Below, piece by piece: positions 54,186 through 64,000 of a DNA stretch of 64,000 nt. Position 1 is the stretch's first letter, and the number at the start of each line of letters is the position of its first letter. Under the pieces are notes generated by a model, which searched no databases, was not told the origin of the DNA, and saw only the letters and a list, made by a program, of their open reading frames with translations. Made by a program: the position numbers and the translations under genes. The stretch comes from Octopus vulgaris (taxonomy: Eukaryota). The stretch spans positions 32,860,001-32,924,000 of the forward strand of contig OX597836.1 in assembly GCA_951406725.2 (NCBI GenBank), read 5' to 3'.

Positions 54186-54928
54186 CTTGCATGACTCTAA
54201 CCTTGCAGTGACTCTAACCTTGCAGTGACTCTAACCTGCAGTGACTCTAACCTTGCAGTGACTCTAACTTTGCAGTGACTCTAACCTTGCAGTGACTCTA
54301 ACCTTGCAGTGACTCTAACCTTGCAGTAACTCTAACCTGCAGTGACTCTAACCTTGCAGTGACTCTAACCTGCAGTGACTCTAACCTTGCAGTGTCTCTA
54401 ACCTGCAGTGACTCTAACCTTGCAGTGACTCTAACCTGCAGTGACTCTAACCTTGCAGTGACTCTAACCTGCAGTGACTCTAACCTTGCAGTGACTCTAA
54501 CCTGCAGTGACTCTAACCTTGCAGTGTCTCTAACCTGCAGTGACTCTAACCTTGCAGTGACTCTAACCTTGCAGTGACTCTAACCTTGCAGTGACTCTAA
54601 CCTGCAGTGACTCTAACCTTGCAGTGACTCTAACCTGCAGTGACTCTAACCTTGCAGTGACTCTAACCTGCAGTGACTCTAACCTTGCAGTGACTCTAAC
54701 CTTGCAGTGACTCTAACCTTGCAGTGACTCTAACCTGCAGTGACTCTAACCTTGCAGTGACTCTAACCTGCAGTGACTCTAACCTTGCAGTGACTCTAAC
54801 CTGCAGTGACTCTAACCTTGCAGTGACTCTAATCTGCAGTGACTCTAACCTTGCAGTGACTCTAACCTGCAATGACTCTAACCTTGCAGTGACTCTAACC
54901 TGCAATGACTCTAACCTTGCAGTGACTC
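54186..54928. repeat. 16/17-bp minisatellite, ~44 copies, mostly alternating as a 33-bp dimer
   Basis: Units gtgactctaaccttgca and gtgactctaacctgca; followed by 3 x actcaaaagggt(t/g) at 54925-54966. Confidence 0.97.
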
Positions 54929-55114
54929 AAAAGGGTTACTCAAAAGGGTGACTCAAAAGGGTTACTATGACTCTTTGTTATCATCATCTGCATCTATCAA
55001 CTACAATTTGCACTGCATTGGGCACAATAACAGACAGCTACTTAACACACAGCCATATCTTATTAATTGTTTGCATCTTAAACAGGGCAGCAAACCTACC
55101 AAGATCTATTCTGT

Positions 55115-55402
55115 ACTAGACAAAATGCTTAGTGGAATTACTCCCAGCTCTTTACATTCTTAAGTTCAAATTCCACCAAGGTCTTCTTTCCTTTCCATCA
55201 TTGCAGGTTCAATAAAATGAAATCAGCTAGACCCACCCCCCACAGAATTTCAGACCGTGTACCTTTTTTAGAAAGGTTTATTATTATTGTTTATTATTTT
55301 ATTGCCTTTGCACAGCTTCTAATGCTAGAGATGTACTATGGTGCCAGCTGTTCACTACCAGTGAACTAAGGTAACACCCCTTATTTTTTGAGCACCATCC
55401 AG

Positions 55403-55437
<35 letters not shown>

Positions 55438-56155
55438 GGCGGTGAGCTAGCAGAATTGTTAGTGCACCAGGGGAAATGCTTAGTGGTATTATACCTGTTG
55501 CTAAGTTCTAAGTTCAAATTCCACCAAGGTCAACTTTACCTTTCATCCTTTCAGGGTTGATTACATAAGTACCAGTTATGCACTGGGGTCGATGTAATTG
55601 ACTTCATCCCCTCCCTCCCTCAAGCTGCTGCTCTTGTGGCAAAAATTTGAAATCATTATTATTATTATTATTGTTATTATTATTATTATTATTATTTGTA
55701 TTAAGGTGGTGAGCTGGCAGAATTGTTAGTGCACTGGGCGAAATGGTTAGCGGTATTTCGTCTGCTGCTATGATCTGAGTTCAAATTCTACTGAGGTCGA
55801 CTTTGCTTTCATCCTTTCAGGGTCAATAAATTAAGTACCAGTAACCCATGCTAGCATGGAAAACGGACGCTAAACGATGATGATGATGATGATGATGAAA
55901 CACTGAGGTTGATGTGAATGATTTATCTCCTCTCCTGAAATTGCTGCCTCTGTGGCAAAATTTGAAATCATTTTTTTTTATCAAAATTACTATTATTATT
56001 CTGTCTTTATTTTCTGAGTTCAAATCCTGCCGAGGTCAGCTTTACCTTTCATCCCCTTGAGACCAATAAAATAACTACCAGTTGAATATTGGAGTCAATA
56101 CAATCAATTACCCCCTCTTCCAAAATCACTGATCATGTGCCGAAATTTGAAACCA
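55115..56155 (+). mobile_element. Cluster of about 4-5 SINE family B copies separated by (TTA)n
   Basis: Copies at ~55115, 55436, 55702 and 56000, all + strand. Confidence 0.8.
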
Positions 56156-56411
56156 TTATCATTATTGTTATTATCATCATCATCATCATCATCATCATTA
56201 CTATTTTGTTTTGTTTTTTTCTGCAAACACCTCCTCTTTCAATAATAATGGAATATATAAACAAACAAGATTCAAGTATTTTCATCGTTACTGCTGTTAC
56301 TTTTCTGTCGTTATTTGAATAGTTTTTATGTACATACATACATACATATGTACACACACACACTCACACACACACACACATATATATATGCATATATATA
56401 TATATATGTGT

Positions 56412-56454
<43 letters not shown>

Positions 56455-56500
56455 TATATATACACATACTTTAATCATATATATATATATATACACACAC

Positions 56501-56537
<37 letters not shown>

Positions 56538-56651
56538 CACATACTTTAATCATATATATATATATATATACACATATATATACATACATACATATATACA
56601 TACATATATGCATACATATATATATACATACATATATATACACATACTTTG

Positions 56652-56706
<55 letters not shown>

Positions 56707-57049
56707 ATGATTAATGTCAAATATTTGTGACAAGTGAATAAAGTGTCAAAATGATGAAGGGAAAGCTTTCACGAGATGTCTTACAGCTAAATATGAAATT
56801 TCTTTAAGTTTTGTTATTGGTTTTGCTGTCATTGGCGTTGTTGTCGTTTAGCCTCCAGGCTAGGCTGGTGGGGCGAGGCCGGATGAGAGTAAACCATTTG
56901 CAATCAACGTATTTGTTCTTGAGCCAATGAGAGGAACTTCGATGGCAAAGGAGAGGGAAGGTCTCCCAACATGCTAGAAATAACAGCTAAATGTCACTCG
57001 AATCCCATCCTACCATCTCATCCAACCTGGTAAGTTGTCACTTATGACA

Positions 57050-57332
57050 GTGGTTCCGGTTGATACAGTCAACAGAACAACCAGCTCATGAATTTAACAT
57101 GTGAATGGCTGAGAACTCCACAGACTTGTGTATCCTTAACGTAGTTCTCAGGAAGATTCAGTATGATGCAGAGTGTGACTAGGCTGGCCCTTTGAATTAC
57201 AGGTACAACTCACTTTTTACCAGCTGAGCAGATTGGAGCAGTCTGAAATAAAGTGTCTTGCTCAAGACCGTATATTGAACTCACAACATTACGATCATGA
57301 ATCGAATATCCTACCCACAAAGCCACATGCCT
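57050..57332 (-). mobile_element. SINE family D
   Basis: Reverse complement of 13817-14112. Confidence 0.65.
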
Positions 57333-57367
57333 TTATGTAGATGTATTTAAGATAATAAACAAAAGGA

Positions 57368-58300
<933 letters not shown>

Positions 58301-58921
58301 TATATGTGTGTATGTATATATACATCATCATCATCATTTAACGTCCGCTTTCCATGCTAGCATGGGTTGGACGGTTCAACTGGGGTCTGAGAAGCCAGAA
58401 GGCTGCACCAGGCCCAGTCTGATCTAGCAATGTTTCTACGGCTGGATGCCCTTCCTAATGCCAACCACTCTGTGAGTGTAGTGGGTGCTTTTTACGTGCC
58501 ACCATATATATATATATGCCTGTATATACCACATGGCCATGCTTGCACTTAACACACATTCATACATGATGGGCTTCCACACAGTTTCCATCTACCAGAT
58601 TCTTTTAAGGCATTGGTGAAAACCGGGGGCCATAGTTGAGACACTTGCCCAAGGTGCCATGCAGTGGAACTAAATCAAAGTTTAAAAGCAATCAAGAAAA
58701 TATTCAATCACTTTTTAATCCAAAACACATTATCAAATACATGAAAATTATTGAAGTCATCAGACAAAGAACTGTTGACTAGTAGAAACTCCCTCTTACT
58801 CTCACTTGTGTTTCTCTGATATTTATAGAAGCAGAGAGAACCTTGTTTTGTTTTTTGTTGTTTTTTTTTTGTTATATAGCATTTTGTTACAATCGTCAAG
58901 TTTGAATAACTGTACCTTCCA

Positions 58922-59165
58922 AACCAGCATTGGTTGTCAAGCGATGTTGGAGGGACAAACACAGACATGCAAACACACACACAAGTATATATATACATAT
59001 ATATGACAGGCTTCTTTCAGTTTCCATCTACCAAATTCACTCACAAGGCTTTAGTCGACCCGAGGCTATAGTAGAAGATACTTGCCCAAGGTGCCACACA
59101 GTGGGACTGAACCTGGAACCATGTGGTTGGTAAGCAAGCTACTTACCACACAGCCACTTCTGTGC
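58922..59165 (-). mobile_element. SINE family A, 5' two-thirds
   Basis: Reverse-complement family A. Confidence 0.85.
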
Positions 59166-59432
59166 AAACTCCCTTAGATTTAATTCCTCACCTGGTTTAA
59201 AACCCTTGCCTCATTCTTGGATCAGGTCTCTGGTTTGAAGATATCATTCCCCTGCTCCTCCCATGTGTCTCAAAAGACCTGAAAAAGAGTCTTAGGTACT
59301 ACCATCCTTCTTGATTAAGTAATAAAAAGCAAAACTTTCTCCTTGATACAATTCAGGAAGAGGAAGTCTTTTGTGATGCCCTTCATCACATAAACTCTCA
59401 ACCTAATCAGTTATGGCCTTCACCAATGTTAA

Positions 59433-59615
59433 CCCTTTAGCATTCAGATTAATCTGTCAAATGAAATGGTTATGCATTTGCATTTGTTTTGAATTAATCA
59501 TGCATTATTTCATTGCTTTGGGATTTCGATGGTGCAATTGTTTATTTTTAGAATTACATTGTAAGGTAGGTGGAAGAGACCAAATCTGGCTTGTTTGAGC
59601 GTAAGAATATTTGGG
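59433..59615. mobile_element. piggyBac-type MITE, degenerate (family of 15896-16116)
   Basis: ttaaccctttagcattcagatt...tttgaattaatcatgcatta is the reverse complement of that MITE; the other end is decayed. Confidence 0.6.
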
Positions 59616-60076
59616 TTGGATATCATCGTCATCATCGTTTAACGTCCGTTTTCCATGCAAGCATGGGTTGGACAGTTCAACTGGGGTCTGGGAAGCCAGA
59701 AGGCTGCGCCAGGCCAAGTCTGATCTGGCAGTGTTTCTACGGCTGGATGCCCTTCCTAATGCCAACCACTCCGTGAGTGTAGTGGGTGCTTTTTACGTGC
59801 CACCTGCACGGGGGCCAGATGAGGCTGGCAACAGCCACAATCAGATGGTGCTTTTTACATGCCACCAGCACGGAGGACAGTCAGGGCGGTGCTGATAAAT
59901 GCCAAAGGGTTGAACTAAATAGAATATCCAGAGAAGCAGCTGCAGAATTGAACACACAAGCCTTCTGCTGGCAACCTAGCCACTTACCTACTCGACTACC
60001 TTACATCTAATTGATAATTACTAAAATTAATAAAATAAAATCGACTGTTTTTATTTTTGTTTTGTTTTACTTCTAG

Positions 60077-60166
<90 letters not shown>

Positions 60167-60206
60167 TAAGCTACTGATTCTATCATTTTTTTCCTCCAAG
60201 ATGCCT

Positions 60207-60240
<34 letters not shown>

Positions 60241-60269
60241 CTACTAGAGGGACACCAAGTGTATAATAT

Positions 60270-60948
60270 TGGTTTCAAATTATGATACAAGGTCAGCAAT
60301 TTCGGGGGACTGGGTAAGTCAATTACAACATAAACCCCAGTGTTCAAAAAGTACTTATTTTAACAACCCTGAAAGGATGAAAGGCAAAGTTGACCTCAGC
60401 AGAATTTGAACTCAGATCATAAAGTTGGAAGAAACACTGCTAAGCATTCTGTCCAGCATCCAACGATTCTGCCAGCTCACTGCCTTAACCACATGTATAA
60501 TATTAGTTTCAGATTTTGGCACAAGGCCAGCAATTTCAGGAGAGAGGGCAAGTCAATTACATCGACCCCAGTACTCAACTGGTACTTATTTCATTGACCC
60601 CCAAAAGGATGAAAGGCAAAGTCAACCTTTGGAGAATTTGAACTCAGAACATAAGGACAGACGAAATGCTGCTAAGCATTTCGGCCAGTGTACTAACATT
60701 TCTGGCAGCTTGCTGCCTTGATAATAATATTAATCGTTTCTGTTACAGGCATGAGGCCTGAAATTTTGGGGGTACAAGTTAGATCAATTACATCGACCCC
60801 CAGTGCTCAACTGGTACTTAATTTATCAACCCCAAAAGAATGAAAGGCAGTCAATCTCAGCAGAATTTGAACTCAGAAGGTTAAAGACTGGCAAAATGTT
60901 TAGTAGCATTTTGTCTGGCATGCTAACAATTCTGCCAGCTCACCACCT
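60270..60948 (-). mobile_element. Three tandem SINE family B copies
   Basis: Reverse-complement copies at ~60270, 60505 and 60735. Confidence 0.85.
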
Positions 60949-60971
60949 CAATAATAATAATAATAATAATC

Positions 60972-61016
<45 letters not shown>

Positions 61017-62222
61017 TTAATAATAATAATTATTATACTGGTGGTAAACCTGTCCATTCTGACAGCTGATTATCTTGAAAGATTCATATTTGATTCAGCA
61101 TCTATTAGAAGCACCATTATTTCTTTCATCTGGACTATCTCTTTGCACTTTGAAAAATCTTCTGAGACAAGCTGTGTGTTTGTATGTGTGTATAGGGGCG
61201 AGGGGCATGCATGTGTCTGTGTGTATGTGTGTGTCTGTGTTTATCTGTACATGTTGGTTTTACGGAGGTTGATGTGATGAAGGCAGACACAGAAAGTGAA
61301 AACATTCAAGACGAACAGTTATGTAATTGTAAATGAAAACATTTTCAGAGATGGTTTAAAAAAACACAAAAACAAAATAAAACCAACAATAAACAACAGT
61401 CAGTGGTTTTTCTCCTTTCTTTATTTTTATTTATTATTAATATCAATATATATATTTTTATCTAATTTTATTAATTTATGACCTTGCTAATAGGTTGTGC
61501 ACTTTTTTCTTCCTGTCTGAACTTTTCGTTTTTTTTATTTTTCATTTTGGTGTCTTAATTTTTCTTTTATTTCCCCTTATATTTTGACATAGCAATATTT
61601 CTGTATCTATTTTATTTTACTCAATAATTCTGGTTATTTACCATGTGCCATTGTGCAGTTTGAAAATGCATCAGAAAGCGACAAGATTTACCACTGCAGT
61701 TGCGACCTTTTGAATTCTGCTTGTTTCTGTTTTCTCTCATTTATGAAGCATTGCTGACAGTCCACTTTTGGTTTACATTAGAATCAGATTCATCAACTGA
61801 ATAAAGACAGAAGCCATTATATACACTCATTTATATGTGTGCATGTATGTATACACATCTATAGATACATACATACATATGTACGTACGTAAATACATAC
61901 ATATCTATATATATATGTGTGTACATATATAAATGCATACGTACATATACACACACACACATATATATGCAGGTGTTTATATATTTATGTGCATGAGTGT
62001 ATTGATATATGTGTGTGTAAACATATATAGTTTATGTATACATGTGGAAATAAGTATATATGTTTATACTTATATATGTATGTGTAAATATGTGAATGTG
62101 CATATTTTCATACATAAGTATGTGTGTGTGTACATATATACACATATACATAAATATGTGTGTGTGTACATACATACTCATATGTGTGCATATATATGTG
62201 TGTCATGTGGTGGGATGTATAG

Positions 62223-62256
<34 letters not shown>

Positions 62257-62551
62257 ATCCTGACCTAAGTGTCTCTGCAAAGTTGCAAAATGTAAATAAA
62301 CTTTCTTCCCTAGTTAGGTTTCCTTGGAGGAAATAGCTTTTTTTTTACCTCCCACTATAACCCTGAACCCTCGGCCTCCCCTCCTCCTTTACTAACACAG
62401 ATCCTTATCATCATCCGCACCACCATCATCATTATCATCATTACAACAATGTTATTTGGGGTTTTTTTTTTTCTGCAATGTCATAACTCATTACGCCATG
62501 ACTTATTAAAGTTCTTAGCTTTGGCATTTGCCAGACATCATACAAACCAAC

Positions 62552-62681
<130 letters not shown>

Positions 62682-62824
62682 TATACATATATATATGAAT
62701 ATATATACATATATATATTCTATTAGTGTTTTCCTTGTTCCCGTACTTTGACTGTGGCCATACTGGAGCACTGCATTTTAGTCAAAGAAATCGATCCCTG
62801 GACTTATTCTGTCGGTGACAGGGT

Positions 62825-63100
62825 GAGAGAATTTGCAACTGAAAAACTCAGGGACCAGTCTAAGAAAGGAAGTAAAAGATGAACTTACCGTTGGTCACTT
62901 CTATTCAAGCCTTTCTCACTCTTGTATTCTTAGCCTTTCTCTTTACCCTTCATCCACTTACCCCTTCTTTTCTCTGTCGTTCCCTCTCCCTGCTGTCTTT
63001 CTCCTCTGCACGCTGCTGTCACGTGACCAGCAGCCAGTCCCTTTTTTCCCTCATTTCTTAGACTGGTCCCTTAGCTGACCAGTTGCAAATTGTGTCTCTC
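62825..63100. repeat. Inverted repeat, ~50-bp imperfect arms
   Basis: agggaccagtctaagaaa (62850-62867) / tttcttagactggtccct (63054-63071) and aatttgcaactg / cagttgcaaatt. Confidence 0.8.
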
Positions 63101-63403
63101 AGTCCTCCATTGTCCAAAACATTTTCTAAGCATTAACCCACTATTCTCATCTTCTTGGCTCCAAGACCGTATTTTGTGTGACTGTTTGTCCTCGTCCTCC
63201 ATCCTAAATCAAACTCTTTGTCGTTCTGGGGGGCACCGCCAATTCAGAAGCATTCAACCATATCGTTAAAGGTGTGAAACTGAAGAGTACCACTGGTCAA
63301 TAACTGATGAAGGATTATGGACTTTCTGTTTGTCTCCTGTTTGTCCCTACATTTTTATGTATATAAAATGCTTATACATTTTGGTGGTGGTGGGGGGGAG
63401 CTT

Positions 63404-63613
63404 GGAAGCCAGGAGGCTGCACTAAGCTCCAGTCTGATCTGGCAGTGTTTCTATAGCTGGTTGGCATTAGGAAGGGCATCCAGCTGTAGAAACACTGCCA
63501 GATCAGACTGGAACCTGGTGCAGCCTCCTGGCTTCCCAGACTCCACTTGAACCATCCAACCCATGCCAGCATGGAAAACAGACGTTAAATGATGATGATG
63601 ATGATGATGATGA
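63404..63613 (+). mobile_element. RTE-type 3' UTR fragment with an inverted duplication
   Basis: Arms at 63404-63460 and 63480-63536; (GAT)n tail. Confidence 0.85.
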
Positions 63614-63616
63614 TAC

Positions 63617-63661
<45 letters not shown>

Positions 63662-63672
63662 TAAATATATAC

Positions 63673-63718
<46 letters not shown>

Positions 63719-64000
63719 TACATACATACACATATATGTGTGTGTGTATGTGTGTGTGTGTGTGTATAGATAGATATAGATATATATTGAACAATATTTT
63801 CTAATGTGTCCTTCATTTTTTAACCCAGTCAGGTATGATTTAAGGGAACAAAGCAAATATCATTAACAAGTCAAACAAACAACCGTGCAGAGGTGTGACT
63901 TCCAACATTTCCACTATCAAGGAGTCCTTTTATTTAAATGAATTTCCCAAATTGATATCATGCTTTTTAATAAAATCTGCCTACTCAACAAATTTATGAA

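Noticed and set aside
54186-54928. Telomeric repeat or CRISPR array
   Set aside because: Contains ctaacc but the unit is 16/17 bp rather than TTAGGG or TTAGG; no spacers.

Overview
Eukaryotic, very AT-rich, microsatellite-saturated DNA. The repeat families look like those of Octopus (coleoid cephalopod); this is recognition from memory, not a database result. The only host coding sequence I can support is two small + strand exons (57659-57801 and 60077-60165) of an otoferlin-like ferlin gene. No neighbouring exon was found, so most of the window is probably one very large intron. Almost all ORFs in the supplied track are simple-repeat artefacts. The rest is retroelement and transposon debris: three tRNA-derived SINE families, 3' fragments of RTE, CR1/L2, R4/Dong-type and Tx1/L1 LINEs, a mariner transposase remnant, piggyBac-type and hAT-type MITEs, a Helentron-type (HINE) element and two minisatellites (27 bp and 16/17 bp). 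The most interesting signals are (i) several minimal type-I hammerhead ribozyme motifs in Penelope-like repeats, one fused downstream of a tRNA-like Pol III head (a candidate ribozyme-tailed SINE), and (ii) many fold-back structures, including opposed SINE clusters bracketing the two otoferlin exons. Repeat coordinates are approximate to about 10-20 bp unless TSDs or TIRs are quoted.
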